From Thermodesulfobacteriota bacterium (GTDB taxonomy: Bacteria; Desulfobacterota_D; UBA1144; Nemesobacterales; Mycalebacteriaceae), in NCBI GenBank assembly GCA_965198945.1, contig CBDAQI010000010.1:33533-97532 (forward strand): a stretch of DNA of 64,000 nucleotides, given 5' to 3'. The notes under the pieces were generated by a model. The model had not been told where the DNA came from. It saw nothing but the letters and a program-made list of their open reading frames with translations, and searched no databases. Positions within the stretch are counted from its first letter, which is position 1, and every line of letters starts with the position of its first letter. The position numbers and the translations under genes are program-made. Below, in pieces: positions 42,076 through 52,510 of the stretch.

Positions 42076-42657
42076 TCAGAGGCTGCCGTGCCGCCCGCAG
42101 TGTTCAATGAGTGACTTGCAGGCCTTCTTAAGCATTCCGTCAGTGCGTTCGTCAAGTATCCGGCCGTTCTCGTCAAAAGCACTTGATGCGCCTCTGACGG
42201 AACATTGTTCGGTGATTATCTGTGCGCCGACATTCATCATCACCGAACGCAGGTGGTAAAGGCCGCGAATACCGCCCAGGCTGCCGTCCGAAGCCGAGCC
42301 CAGAGCGATGTATCGCCCGTGCCACGGGTTGGTCCGGTCGGCGTTCGGTGATGACATCAGGCTGACCCAGTCAACCATGTTCTTCAAAAGCGGTGGGATG
42401 GATGAATTGTATTCGGGGCTGGCGATAAAGACGCCGCTGTGTTCGGCAACAATTTTGCCCAGCCGCATGGCGCTTTCGGGAATTCCCTCGCTATCCTTCG
42501 AGTCTTCATTGACCAGAGGCATCGGATAGTCAAGCAGTGAGATGTGTGTAACATCAGCGCCAAACTGCGTCAGCTTCAGCCGTGCCGCATTTACAAGTTT
42601 TTCATTGATTGATGCTGATTTGACCGAACCCGCAAAGACAAGAATGCGCGGTTTCAT
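42076..42657 (-). CDS. NADPH-dependent FMN reductase
   Basis: LVFAGS, SPEYNSSIPPLLKNMVDW, SASDGSLGG. Confidence 0.92.
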   Translation of the reverse strand: MKPRILVFAGSVKSASINEKLVNAARLKLTQFGADVTHISLLDYPMPLVNEDSKDSEGIPESAMRLGKIVAEHSGVFIASPEYNSSIPPLLKNMVDWVSLMSSPNADRTNPWHGRYIALGSASDGSLGGIRGLYHLRSVMMNVGAQIITEQCSVRGASSAFDENGRILDERTDGMLKKACKSLIEHCGRHGSL

Positions 42658-42701
42658 AATTTATCCTCCTCCTAATTAAAGACGGTCATTTCCTGTTTTA
42701 T

Positions 42702-43106
42702 TCAAGCCTTTCTCCACAAACACGCAAACAGGGAGAAAATTAAAACGCTCAAATAAGCGTAACCCAAATCAACAGCGGTTGCGGCTTTTGGGATCCCGCC
42801 CCAGTGGTGCTGGCTGAATATTACCGCTCCGACAATTCCCATTCCGATGAGGACACTCAGTTTGAAGGCGTCTCCGGCGGTTTGAAGACCAAGACCGGCG
42901 GCGATTGCCGCCACACTCAGGCAAACAAGAAACTGTTTTCCAAACTCAACCGCCAGTTTGGAAGGGGTGTCATCGGGTTCGCTAATTCCGACCGCTTCCA
43001 TAAAAATTACGCCGAACACCGCCTCGTTATACCAGACGGCGCCCACCACAAAAGCCACCAAAGTCGCAACGGTTACCGATATGAAGTTAACCCGCGAGAG
43101 GTTCAT
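42702..43106 (-). CDS. DUF1761-like membrane protein
   Basis: AFVVGAVWY..VFG..FM motif and four TM helices; likely ATG 43106. Confidence 0.72.
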   Translation of the reverse strand: MNLSRVNFISVTVATLVAFVVGAVWYNEAVFGVIFMEAVGISEPDDTPSKLAVEFGKQFLVCLSVAAIAAGLGLQTAGDAFKLSVLIGMGIVGAVIFSQHHWGGIPKAATAVDLGYAYLSVLIFSLFACLWRKA

Positions 43107-43398
43107 TGCCGCTTTCCGCGAGTTTTGAGATTTTTGCCGCGAGCGCAAAGTCTTTTTTGGTTATTCCGCCTTCGCTGTGAGTTGAAAGCGTGATTTTCAC
43201 CTTCTTCCAGCCGTGCATCAGGATGTCGGGGTGATGGTCTGCTTTTTCCGCTTCAATTCCGACTCTCACTACAAAAGCAAGGGCTTCCGAGAAGTTCCGT
43301 AAGGTAAAGTTTCTGTAAATGGCTTTTTTACCGGCTCTCCACCCACCGGACAGATTTTTCAGCCTTTTCTGGACTTCCTGAGCGCTTAAAATGGCCAT
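43087..43398 (-). CDS. phhB: Pterin-4-alpha-carbinolamine dehydratase
   Basis: AEKADHHPDI, LSTHSEGGITKKD. Confidence 0.93.
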   Translation of the reverse strand: MAILSAQEVQKRLKNLSGGWRAGKKAIYRNFTLRNFSEALAFVVRVGIEAEKADHHPDILMHGWKKVKITLSTHSEGGITKKDFALAAKISKLAESGNEPLAG

Positions 43399-43492
43399 TT
43401 ACGGGGTCACTGCGCGACTGTTTGACAACTACCGCGCCCACCTTGTATTATACAAACCCTGTTTATTCAAGACAAGGGGGGAGTTGATTCCA

Positions 43493-44701
43493 ATGAGTTG
43501 TGAACTCGGTATGAAAGAAGCCCGCGAGCTTCTGAAAAAACACAAAATTGTAATCGCCGGAGTCGGCGAGACTGAACAGGGAAAGATTCCCGACAAAAGT
43601 TCTTTCCACTTTCTTTCCGAAGCGTCAAAACTTGCGATAGAAGACGCCGGCATCAAAAAAACCGATGTTGACGGTCTTGTAACCGCATTTTCGCTTGTGG
43701 AGCAGACATTTATGCACTGCACCACTTTTGCGGACTATTTCGGTATGAATCCCAGATTTTTCTCATCAATAGCGGTCGGCGGTTCAACGGCCGTGTGGAT
43801 GGCGGCCGAAGCGGCCATGGCCGTTGCGTCAGGTCAGGCCGAAGTCGTTTTGTGTGTCAGGGGAGACAACACGCTTTCCGGAATTTCTTCTTCGGGAATG
43901 GTCGCGCTTATAAGAGAGATGTGCCACGCGGAGTTTGAATTCCCTTACGGGCTTACCACTCCCGGAGGCTATGCGCTTGCGGCACAGAGGTATCTGCACG
44001 AATACGGCAACAGCAGGGAGCACCTCGCCGCAGTTGCCACAACAATGAGAAAACACGCGGCGGACAAAGAAAATGCAATGAATAAAGATCCTCTTTCCAT
44101 TGAGGATGTGCTCGGCTCCCGCGTAATCGCCGAGCCGCTTACAAAATATGACTGCTCAATAATTTCCGACGGCGGCTGCGCTTTCATAATAACCACTGAG
44201 GAAAAGGCAAAAGAGCTGGGCATAGAAAACAATCTTGCCTACCTGTGGGGAATGGGTCAGGGATATTCGCATCAGTATCTGACCACACTCAACGATCTCG
44301 GGCAGATATACGGGGCGGTTGAAGCCTCCGGCAAAAAGGCGTTCGGCACTGCGGGCATAGGCACCGACGATGTTGATGTCGCTTTCCTCTATGACTGCTT
44401 TACGATAACGGTTCTGCTTGAACTTGAGGGGCTCGGCTTTGTCAAACCGGGAGAGGGCGGACCTTTCGCGCTTGAAGGCAGAATGGAGAACGGGAAAGAC
44501 CTTCCGGTCAATACGCACGGAGGTCTTCTCTCTCAGGCGCATCTCGGTGCGATGCACCATGTTGTTGAAGCGACCCTTCAGCTCCGCGGTTCCGCCGGCA
44601 AAAGGCAGGTAGACGGCGCCGAAGTTGCGCTTGTGCATGGAAACGGCGGCATAGTCAGCGCCCACAGCACAATACTGCTCGGCAATCAGCCGCTCAATTG
44701 A
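43493..44701 (+). CDS. Thiolase-like / SCP-x (Ltp2-like) protein
   Basis: CSIISDGG, LYDCFT, NTHGGLLS; likely ATG 43493. Confidence 0.92.
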   Translation: MSCELGMKEARELLKKHKIVIAGVGETEQGKIPDKSSFHFLSEASKLAIEDAGIKKTDVDGLVTAFSLVEQTFMHCTTFADYFGMNPRFFSSIAVGGSTAVWMAAEAAMAVASGQAEVVLCVRGDNTLSGISSSGMVALIREMCHAEFEFPYGLTTPGGYALAAQRYLHEYGNSREHLAAVATTMRKHAADKENAMNKDPLSIEDVLGSRVIAEPLTKYDCSIISDGGCAFIITTEEKAKELGIENNLAYLWGMGQGYSHQYLTTLNDLGQIYGAVEASGKKAFGTAGIGTDDVDVAFLYDCFTITVLLELEGLGFVKPGEGGPFALEGRMENGKDLPVNTHGGLLSQAHLGAMHHVVEATLQLRGSAGKRQVDGAEVALVHGNGGIVSAHSTILLGNQPLN

Positions 44702-44743
44702 CAGGGCGGAGCGGGTTTTTACTAATCAGGAGGAATTACAGAT

Positions 44744-45163
44744 ATGTCTGAAAACAAATATGCAAAACCTCTTCCGGAGTTCCGTCCGGAAACAAAACCG
44801 TTTTGGGACGGGTGTAAGAGTCACAGTCTTATGCTTCCGCGCTCAAAACAGACCGGAAAGTTTTTCTTTTATCCGAGGGCTTTTTCTCCGGGAGATGACA
44901 TGAGCTCTGACATTGAGTGGGTTAAATCTCCGGGCAGGGGAAAAGTCTGGACCTTCTCCATTCATCATATGGGGCCCACAAAGGCCTATAAGGCAGACGG
45001 CGCATATGTGGTTGCGCTCATAGAGCTTGAAGAAGGCGTAAAGATGATGTCCAATGTTGTGGACTGTGATGTGAATGAAGTCAAAATCGGAATGGAAGTT
45101 GAGGTAGTTTTTGACGATGTTACCGACGAGGTGACGCTTCCGAAGTTCCGTCCCGTCAAATAG
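44744..45163 (+). CDS. Zn-ribbon/OB-fold (DUF35) partner of the thiolase
   Basis: PFWDGC, GRGKVWTFSI, LIELEEG..MMSNVV. Confidence 0.9.
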   Translation: MSENKYAKPLPEFRPETKPFWDGCKSHSLMLPRSKQTGKFFFYPRAFSPGDDMSSDIEWVKSPGRGKVWTFSIHHMGPTKAYKADGAYVVALIELEEGVKMMSNVVDCDVNEVKIGMEVEVVFDDVTDEVTLPKFRPVK

Positions 45164-45183
45164 GAACCCGGAGGAAATCAGTT

Positions 45184-45639
45184 ATGTCAAAAATTTTCTA
45201 CGAAGACATTGAAGTGGGTGAAGAGCACGAAAGCACCGGCAGAACCGTTACCGAAGCTGATGTTGTGAATTTTGCCGGTCTTTCGGCGGACTTCAACAAT
45301 ATGCACATAGACGAGGAGTTTGCGAAAAAAACGGTTTTTACAACGCGCGTCGCGCACGGCTTGTGTGTTCTTTCAATATCTTCAGGTCTCTGGTTTACCA
45401 TGCCCAGACTTGCCACAATCGCCTTCATGGGGCTTGAGGACTGGCGCTTTTCCGGTGCGGTAAAGTTTGGCGACACGATAAGAATTAAACGCCGCCTTGC
45501 GGAAAAACGCGAACACAAAAGGCCGAATATGGGTTTTCTCATATGGGAACTTGATGTTCTGAATCAGAAGGACGAGGTTGTGCAGAAGGGCAAATGGGTT
45601 ATTCTTGTTCAGAGAAGGGAAACGGAGGGGAAGAGCTGA
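45184..45639 (+). CDS. MaoC-family dehydratase
   Basis: RTVTEADVVNFAGLSADFNNMHID, RVAHG. Confidence 0.92.
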   Translation: MSKIFYEDIEVGEEHESTGRTVTEADVVNFAGLSADFNNMHIDEEFAKKTVFTTRVAHGLCVLSISSGLWFTMPRLATIAFMGLEDWRFSGAVKFGDTIRIKRRLAEKREHKRPNMGFLIWELDVLNQKDEVVQKGKWVILVQRRETEGKS

Positions 45640-45748
45640 CCGCTCTCCGCAAAGTGAATTTTCCCTTGTTTAATTGGTGTCTGTTACATTATAATGAGTG
45701 TTCAGTTTCGGGTTATTGTTTTTTAATCCTTAACGGGAGATTATCAGG

Positions 45749-46396
45749 ATGAGGAAATTTATCTTATTACTGGTTCCGGTTTTTACGGCCGTCCTTGCAT
45801 TTACCGCACCCTCCGTTGCACAGACGGATCCCGGCTACGGGTCTTTGGGTGCGAGCTCTGTGACGGCAAAGTTTATTTCAAAAGAGTTCGGGGGTGAAAT
45901 CGTACGGAAAGCTGCGGTGTCCGGAGCCCAAAGGTTTCAGGGATTTCAAATTGACACGGATTTGTTCCACACAGAGCATGTTGATTTTATTACCGAGACT
46001 TCATACTCTCAGGTATCTTCAAACGGTTTGAAATCGTGGGTCTTTGACGCTTCCCTGAAGCCCGTTGCATATAAACGGATAACACCGAACATCAAATTAT
46101 TCGGAGCGGGTTCTCTCGGTCTTGCAAGAGCCAATGTAAAGACTTCCCACACGAATCAATACAAGGAAACCGAGCTTATATGGAGCCTTGCCACCGGCGC
46201 CGAACTTAACCAGGGGCGTTTGTCTTTGCTTATTTCGGTCGGATATGAGTGGATGGATGAATTTGGAAAAGGCGCCGAGGTTGAAACCGAAGCCAAAATA
46301 ACAATGACAGACCGGTTGTTTCTGAACACCGGATTGGGCTATAACTGGAATCCTCAGGCTTTTTCGTTCAATATCGGAATGGGTCTCCGTTTCTGA
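45749..46396 (+). CDS. Outer-membrane beta-barrel protein
   Basis: Signal peptide, amphipathic strands, C-terminal GLRF. Confidence 0.75.
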   Translation: MRKFILLLVPVFTAVLAFTAPSVAQTDPGYGSLGASSVTAKFISKEFGGEIVRKAAVSGAQRFQGFQIDTDLFHTEHVDFITETSYSQVSSNGLKSWVFDASLKPVAYKRITPNIKLFGAGSLGLARANVKTSHTNQYKETELIWSLATGAELNQGRLSLLISVGYEWMDEFGKGAEVETEAKITMTDRLFLNTGLGYNWNPQAFSFNIGMGLRF

Positions 46397-46419
46397 TTCA
46401 AAACGGATTTTACTTTTTA

Positions 46420-47175
46420 TCAGTTATCGCAGCTTTTGAGAATTTTTGCCACTTCTCCGGAAAAACCGGCTATTTTCTCTCTTATGATAAGGTCTGCATA
46501 TTCGTCATAGGGAGTTTCCATAAGGTTCAGAATTATAAGTTTTGCGCCTTTTCTCAGAGCCATTTGAGGCAGAGTGCTCGCCGGTGTTACAACAAGTGAA
46601 GAACCGGCCACTATAAGAACATCCGATTTCTCAACCAGCTCAACCGCATTGTTCCACGGTTCGCGCGGAAGCGGCTCTCCGAAAAAAACCGCGTTCGGTT
46701 TCAGAATTCCGCCACACTCGCAGACGGGGGCTTTTTCTCCATTCTTCACCCTCTCCATCACTTCTTCCATCGGTCTGTGCTCTCCGCATTCAACACAAAC
46801 CGTCTCCCGTATTGAGCCGTGAAGCTCATGCACGGTTTGTGAGCCGGCCTCTGTGTGAAGCCCGTCCACGTTCTGGGTTATGATTCCCCCTATCACTCCC
46901 CGACTTTCAAGTTCGGAAAACAAAAAATGTCCGGCATTGGGTTTTGCCGCACTGCGGGTCGGGTAGAGCTCCAGCGCATATGAGTAGTAGGCTGCGGGAT
47001 TGCGAAGAAATCCGTCAAGACTGACCACCGATTGGTCCATTTTTTCCCAGATGCCCTCTCCGGGTGACCTGTAGTCGGGAATTCCGGACTCGGTGCTTAT
47101 TCCCGCTCCGGTGAGAACCGCGCCGTTTCCGGCAAGCGAGAGTATTTCAACAAATTTTTCCGCCCCGGCGTGCAA
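46420..47175 (-). CDS. cobB: NAD-dependent protein deacylase (sirtuin)
   Basis: GAGISTESGIPDYR, TQNVDGLH, CxxC..CxC, GSSL. Confidence 0.93.
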   Translation of the reverse strand: MHAGAEKFVEILSLAGNGAVLTGAGISTESGIPDYRSPGEGIWEKMDQSVVSLDGFLRNPAAYYSYALELYPTRSAAKPNAGHFLFSELESRGVIGGIITQNVDGLHTEAGSQTVHELHGSIRETVCVECGEHRPMEEVMERVKNGEKAPVCECGGILKPNAVFFGEPLPREPWNNAVELVEKSDVLIVAGSSLVVTPASTLPQMALRKGAKLIILNLMETPYDEYADLIIREKIAGFSGEVAKILKSCDN

Positions 47176-47195
47176 ACCGTCAACCGTCCGGGTTT

Positions 47196-47869
47196 TTACC
47201 GTGAGTCCGGCAGAAAGGTGATTTTTTTTGCATTACCGTCTTCTTTTGTCTCAAATTTTATGCCTTTCATTTCTTTTACCGCGGTATAGACCACTTTTCT
47301 TTCATATGCCTGCATTTTATGGAAAGTGAACGGCCTTCCCGATTCTATTACCTTTTTTGCGGCTTCCACAGCTTTTCTTTCAATCTCTTTTTCTCTTTCC
47401 CTTTTGTAGTTGTTGATGTCTATTGAAATTCTTTTGCCTTTGCCCGGCTGCTTGCCCGTTTTTGCCGACACTATTCTCGCGACAATGTATTCCAGATTTC
47501 TGAGGGTTTCCCCGTATTTACCTATTAAAAGGCCTTGGGACTCTTCAACATTCAAGTCAACCTCTATGGCAGAATCGGTTTCCGAAACTTTGAGGGAGTG
47601 TTGGATTCCCATAATGTCCAGAATTTTTGCGGTTGCCTCGCGGGTTTCTTCCGGCACTTTTTCAGGGAAGTAAGCCGTTGTTCCGCCGCCGTTTTCACCG
47701 CCTTTCGCCATGACTCTGATCTTTGCCTTTTTGCCGCCTATCCCAGGATGCCTCTTGTTGGTTTCTGTAAAACCTCAACTTGAACTTCGTCCCTGCGGAC
47801 ACTCAATTCCAGAAGAGCTTCTTCAATCGCTTCTTCAACCGTGTCAGCCTCTTTTTCAATCATTTTCAT
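47196..47869 (-). pseudogene. jag: Jag/EloR (KhpB) RNA-binding protein, -1 frameshift at 47742-47744 as assembled
   Basis: ATG 47869 reads MKMIEKEADTVEEAIEEAL..RGILG then stop; adding one G joins the KH/R3H part (GLLIGKYGETL). Confidence 0.85.
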
Positions 47870-47909
47870 TTTCCCGTTCCTCCAGTTTTGTTACTTGTTT
47901 TCCCCCTTT

Positions 47910-49562
47910 TTAAGCGGGACTGCTCCTGTTTATGTATATCTGTTGTGCAACACTCAGCACATTGCTTGCCGTCCAGTACAGCACAAGACCCGAAGGAAAG
48001 TCCCACATGACAACCGTAAAAACCACCGGCATGAACTGCATTATTTTCGCCTGCATCGCGGCAGTGTCGCCCGTGGCGGTCATGGGAGTGAGCTTTGTTG
48101 AAAACCACCATGAAACCCCCATTGCAAGAGGGAGAATTCTAAACGGCACGGAAGTCCAGGGTATGGTGAAAAGCCCCTTCTCAGGAGCCGAAAGGTCTGT
48201 TATCCAGAGAAAATCACTGTGACGCAAGTCTATTGAATACAGAAGACCGTAGTAAAGGGCTATGAAAACCGGCACCTGAGCGAGCATCGGCAGACATCCT
48301 CCCAGACTGCTGAGCGGATTGACTCCGTGGCTTGAGTAGAGCTTCATCATTTCCTCGTTCTGGCGCTTTTTATCGTCCTTGAACTTTTCCTTCAGAGCAT
48401 CTATTTTCGGTTTTATGATTTCCATTTTCTTCTGCATCTTCTTCATTGATCTCATTCCCCTTATGGAGAGAGGTAGAAACATCAATCTGAACACAATTGT
48501 TATTACTATTATTGACACTCCGTAGTTGTTGAAAATCCTGTTTGTGTAGTTCAGGATTTTTACGGCGAGTTTTGAAAGACCTCCGAACCATCCGTAATCA
48601 ATGGCATTTTCAAACCCGTAGCCGGCAGCTTTAAGCATGCTCTCCTCTTTGGGGCCGATGTAGGATTTCCATTTGCGAACCGAGATCGCGCCTGCGGGAA
48701 CCGAAAACCTTCCATATGAAAAGGCGGTCTCAATGTTTTCCGCCTTGTCGTTTTTTGCGCGAACCTCTGTTGTTTCACCCGATTCGGGCAGTGAAGCGAG
48801 AATGAAGTATTTTTTTGAAAAACCAAGCCAGTCCACTCTTCCGGAAAGTGAACGTCCGCTTTTGTCTCCGGCATCGTTGAACTGTTTCTTTTCACCGTTC
48901 AGCGAGACGACAAGAGCGTCCGCAGGCCCGTATCGCGCCTCCTCTATTTCTCCTCTCTGAAGAAAATGGATTGCATATTCGGCGGTTTCTCCGGATTTGT
49001 TTTCTATCTCGTATCTGCCTCCGATAACATATGTGTCCGGTGCAAAAGAAAGTTTTTTGGTAATTTTAACGCCGTCTTTTTCATACAGGAGGGCTATCTC
49101 TCTTGCGAGCCCCTCAACATTGACAACTTCTGCTCCCTCATATTTGAAAGGTATTGCGGGCGCAAGTTTTATTTTTTCAACGGACAAAGCCGTTTCGGGA
49201 GCCGTTGACGAGACCTCAAGAAGATTCAGCCGGGTTTCGGCACCGGGGTTTTCAAAGTAGTTGTGAAGAAGAAACTTCTTGACGGTTCCGCCCGCAGTGT
49301 CAACAAATGCGGTGTATAGAGGTGTCCGGATCTCCAGCGTTTTGCCGGTTTGCACGGAGTCCCAGGGATTTTGCTCTCCCCAGACGCCTGCCGGAACCGC
49401 CGCCGTTGCGGCCTGCTTTCGTTCCGTCCGTTTTTCAGTTTTCTCCACGGCAGCCTGTTCGGCCTGCGGTCTGGGAGGAAACAGTTTGGAATATCCGAAG
49501 ATAATTCCCAGGGCGAGAACGGCAAAGACTATGTAATTAAAGGTGAGTTTTTCATCTTTCAT
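47910..49562 (-). CDS. yidC: Membrane protein insertase YidC
   Basis: YIGPK, NYGVSII, GCLPMLAQVPVF, PSGLVLYW. Confidence 0.97.
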   Translation of the reverse strand: MKDEKLTFNYIVFAVLALGIIFGYSKLFPPRPQAEQAAVEKTEKRTERKQAATAAVPAGVWGEQNPWDSVQTGKTLEIRTPLYTAFVDTAGGTVKKFLLHNYFENPGAETRLNLLEVSSTAPETALSVEKIKLAPAIPFKYEGAEVVNVEGLAREIALLYEKDGVKITKKLSFAPDTYVIGGRYEIENKSGETAEYAIHFLQRGEIEEARYGPADALVVSLNGEKKQFNDAGDKSGRSLSGRVDWLGFSKKYFILASLPESGETTEVRAKNDKAENIETAFSYGRFSVPAGAISVRKWKSYIGPKEESMLKAAGYGFENAIDYGWFGGLSKLAVKILNYTNRIFNNYGVSIIVITIVFRLMFLPLSIRGMRSMKKMQKKMEIIKPKIDALKEKFKDDKKRQNEEMMKLYSSHGVNPLSSLGGCLPMLAQVPVFIALYYGLLYSIDLRHSDFLWITDLSAPEKGLFTIPWTSVPFRILPLAMGVSWWFSTKLTPMTATGDTAAMQAKIMQFMPVVFTVVMWDFPSGLVLYWTASNVLSVAQQIYINRSSPA

Positions 49563-49576
49563 GTTTTTTCACCGGT

Positions 49577-49819
49577 TCATTTTGTTCCGCTTGTCCCTCC
49601 CACCGGGTCATAACCGCCCGGATGGAAGGGGTGGCATTTTGCAATTCTGCGCAGAGCCATTGCTCCGCCCTTTCCCATACCATGCATTTTGATTGCTTGT
49701 GCCGAGTATTCGGAACAGCTCGGATGGAAGCGGCATCGTTTTCCCAGTATGGGGGAGACGGCTTTGCGGTATATCTCTATCAGTAAAACGGCCAGTTTCC
49801 CGGCCGCACGGGCGGCCAT
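49577..49819 (-). CDS. yidD: Membrane protein insertion efficiency factor
   Basis: [26 protein letters not shown]. Confidence 0.95.
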   Translation of the reverse strand: MAARAAGKLAVLLIEIYRKAVSPILGKRCRFHPSCSEYSAQAIKMHGMGKGGAMALRRIAKCHPFHPGGYDPVGGTSGTK

Positions 49820-50169
49820 TATTTATCCCCGCCCATCATATCAATTATTTCTCCGCTTACTGCGGGAAAAGAAAGGTGAGACACATCCTTTTTTGCTATG
49901 AAAACCACATCGTTTGAGTCAAATCTGTGTTTGTTCAGTCTGAAAGTCTCCCTGAAATAACGTTTGATTTTGTTTCTTGAAACGGCTTGCGAAACCGCTT
50001 TTTTAGCAACGGTGTGGCCCATGCGCGGAAAGCCCAGACCGTTTTTTAACATTGCGAGAGAGAAGTTTTGAGATGAGATCCTTTTTCCCTTTTTCAGAAC
50101 GCGCTCATACTCATTTTTTTCCATAAGTTTTTCTCGTTTTCGCAGCCTTGCATCGCGGACTCCATTCAT
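49819..50169 (-). CDS. rnpA: Ribonuclease P protein component
   Basis: [16 protein letters not shown] motif; synteny with rpmH and yidD. Confidence 0.93.
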   Translation of the reverse strand: MNGVRDARLRKREKLMEKNEYERVLKKGKRISSQNFSLAMLKNGLGFPRMGHTVAKKAVSQAVSRNKIKRYFRETFRLNKHRFDSNDVVFIAKKDVSHLSFPAVSGEIIDMMGGDK

Positions 50170-50315
50170 TTTGACCGGAACTGGACGGTCAGAACATACC
50201 TGCCTTTCTGCACCCTTCTTTTAAGAGTGCGGCGACCGCCCACCGTGCTCATCCTCGCGCGGAATCCGTGGGTTCTTATCGCTTTTTTTCTGTGCGGCTG
50301 AAAAGTTCTCTTCAT
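50166..50315 (-). CDS. rpmH: 50S ribosomal protein L34 (not in ORF track)
   Basis: Manual translation [49 protein letters not shown]. Confidence 0.96.
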   Translation of the reverse strand: MKRTFQPHRKKAIRTHGFRARMSTVGGRRTLKRRVQKGRYVLTVQFRSK

Positions 50316-50423
50316 GGCGAATCGCTCTAAACTACCACAATGGGGGAGTCGGTCAAGTTTGACAACGATTCGCTATTGCTGTTAAATGTTGACAGTATTC
50401 CACTTTCCGGACAACCGCCACCG

Positions 50424-50639
50424 ATGGTATTTGAAGGGCTGAAATTGATGTTTGCGGGGATGTTTGTCGTCTATGTATTCCTCTCCGTTCTTCTTGTCAT
50501 GATAAAAGTATCGGCTCGTTTTTTTGCCGGGTTACCCGAAAATCCTGTCGGACCGCCGGTTTCTTCCACAAAGAATGAGAACGGTAGAATAGCCGCGGTC
50601 ATTGCGGCGGCCGTGGCGGCTTACAGGTCGGGCAGGTGA
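50424..50639 (+). CDS. oadG: Na+-translocating decarboxylase gamma subunit
   Basis: GLKLMFAGMFVVYVFL, IAAVIAAAVAAY; precedes oadA. Confidence 0.85.
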   Translation: MVFEGLKLMFAGMFVVYVFLSVLLVMIKVSARFFAGLPENPVGPPVSSTKNENGRIAAVIAAAVAAYRSGR

Positions 50640-50661
50640 TAATGTTTTCCGTTAAGGGTAT

Positions 50662-52488
50662 TTGCATATGAAAAAAATACTTTTCCAAGACACGTCTTTC
50701 AGAGACGGTTTTCAGTCATTTTTCGGCGCGCGTGTGCTGACAAAAGATTTTATTCCGGCGGTTGAGGCCGCTTCTCATGCCGGAATAACACATTTTGAAG
50801 CCGGTGGCGGGGCAAGGTTTCAAAGCCTTTTTCTCTATTGCGGGGAGTCCGCGTTTGAAATGATGGACAGCTTCAGAAAAGCCGCGGGTCCCGATGCCAA
50901 TCTTCAGACCCTTGCAAGGGGGATTAACGTGGTTGCGCTCTCGGCTCAACCCAAAGACATGATTGACCTTCATGCGAAAATGTTCAAAAAACACGGCATA
51001 ACGCATATAAGAAATTTTGACGCCCTCAACGATGTCAGGAACCTTGAGTATTCCGCACAGTGCATAAAAAACGCGGGAATTCACCATCAGGTTGTCGTAA
51101 CAATGATGGAACTTCCGCCCGGATGTGAAGGCGCCCACGACTCTGATTTCTATGTTTCCAAAGTCCGTGAAATACTTGACTCCGGTCTTCCCTTTGACTC
51201 AATCTGCTTCAAAGACGCTTCGGGAACATCAAATCCCCGGAAGGTTTATGACACGGTCAAACGCGCGAGGGAACTTGTCGGGGAAAACACAGTCCTGTGG
51301 GTGCATACTCATGAGACGGCCGCCCAGGGCGTTCTCCAATACACGGCCGCAATAGAGGCCGGGTGTGACGGCATTTGTGTCGCAAGATCCCCCGTTTCGG
51401 GCGGGACTGCTCAGCCGGACATGATTTCCATGTGCGGCGCCCTCAAGGGAACCGAATTCACCCTTGATGTGGATTTGAAAAAAATCCTTGAGGCAAACGC
51501 GATTTTCAAGGAATGCATGGCGGATTACTATTTTCCTCCGGAAGCGCTGGGAATTTCGCCCGAGGTTCTGCTTTCTCCGATGCCGGGCGGAGCGCTTACC
51601 GCAAACACAATGATGATGCGCGACACCAATACACTTGACCTCTACCCGAAAGTGATAGAAGAGATGTCCGAGTGTGTCGCAAGAGGCGGGTTCGGCACTT
51701 CGGTGACGCCGGTTTCACAGTTCTATTTTCAGCAGGCCTTTGCAAATGTTACACAAGGCAGGTGGAAGAAAATATCGGACGGATACGGTAACATGGTGCT
51801 TGGTTACTTCGGACGCACGCCCGTTGCGCCCGACCCCGAAGTTGTAAAAATCGCCGAAGAGCAGATGGGCAAACCCCGTTTTGAAGGAGACCCTCTTGAG
51901 GTGATTGAACCGGGAATTCCGGTTGCAAAAACAGTTCTTGAAAAAGAAGGCCTTCCCATTACAGACGAAAACATTTTTATAGTCGGAGCTCTTGCGACCC
52001 CGAGCGGCAACAAAGGGCTTGATTTTCTGAAGGGCGATTTCTCGGTAAATGTCAGAAAAGGCGAGGCATCAAAACCGCAGGTGTCCGGTGATGCGGATAA
52101 ACTCTCTGATTCCTTCACCGCCACTGTTGACGGCAAAAAATACGCCGTTCGCGTTAAAGAAAAAGACGGCGGTTTCACGGTCGCGGTTGATGGCAGAGAC
52201 TACTCCGTGGGGATTGGCGAAGGGGGGGATGTCCCCGCTCAGGCTTCCGCCGCGCCGGCGGGAGGCGATGTCATGCCGATTATCGCGGCGGTTCCCGGAA
52301 ATATCTGTAAACTGTCGGTTTCCGTTGGAGACAGTGTTGAGGAAAACCAGACTCTCCTTGTTCTTGAAGCGATGAAGATGGAAACTCCGGTCTCTTCTCC
52401 CTGTTCGGGAGTTGTGGCCTCAATAGAGGTTGTTGTGGGTGATGTTGTTGAATCGGGTCAGGCTTTGATGACCATAGCCCCGAATTGA
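50662..52488 (+). CDS. oadA: Oxaloacetate decarboxylase alpha subunit (carboxyltransferase plus biotin carrier)
   Basis: DTSFRDGFQS, FKDASG, TPVSQ, EAMKM. Confidence 0.92.
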   Translation: MHMKKILFQDTSFRDGFQSFFGARVLTKDFIPAVEAASHAGITHFEAGGGARFQSLFLYCGESAFEMMDSFRKAAGPDANLQTLARGINVVALSAQPKDMIDLHAKMFKKHGITHIRNFDALNDVRNLEYSAQCIKNAGIHHQVVVTMMELPPGCEGAHDSDFYVSKVREILDSGLPFDSICFKDASGTSNPRKVYDTVKRARELVGENTVLWVHTHETAAQGVLQYTAAIEAGCDGICVARSPVSGGTAQPDMISMCGALKGTEFTLDVDLKKILEANAIFKECMADYYFPPEALGISPEVLLSPMPGGALTANTMMMRDTNTLDLYPKVIEEMSECVARGGFGTSVTPVSQFYFQQAFANVTQGRWKKISDGYGNMVLGYFGRTPVAPDPEVVKIAEEQMGKPRFEGDPLEVIEPGIPVAKTVLEKEGLPITDENIFIVGALATPSGNKGLDFLKGDFSVNVRKGEASKPQVSGDADKLSDSFTATVDGKKYAVRVKEKDGGFTVAVDGRDYSVGIGEGGDVPAQASAAPAGGDVMPIIAAVPGNICKLSVSVGDSVEENQTLLVLEAMKMETPVSSPCSGVVASIEVVVGDVVESGQALMTIAPN

Positions 52489-52510
52489 CGATTAATCCGC
52501 GCCGTTTGAT

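Noticed and set aside
46420-47175. Sirtuin as partner of HerA (Sir2-HerA defence)
   Set aside because: Canonical Zn-binding CobB-type deacylase with host-like composition, over 9 kb away on the other strand.
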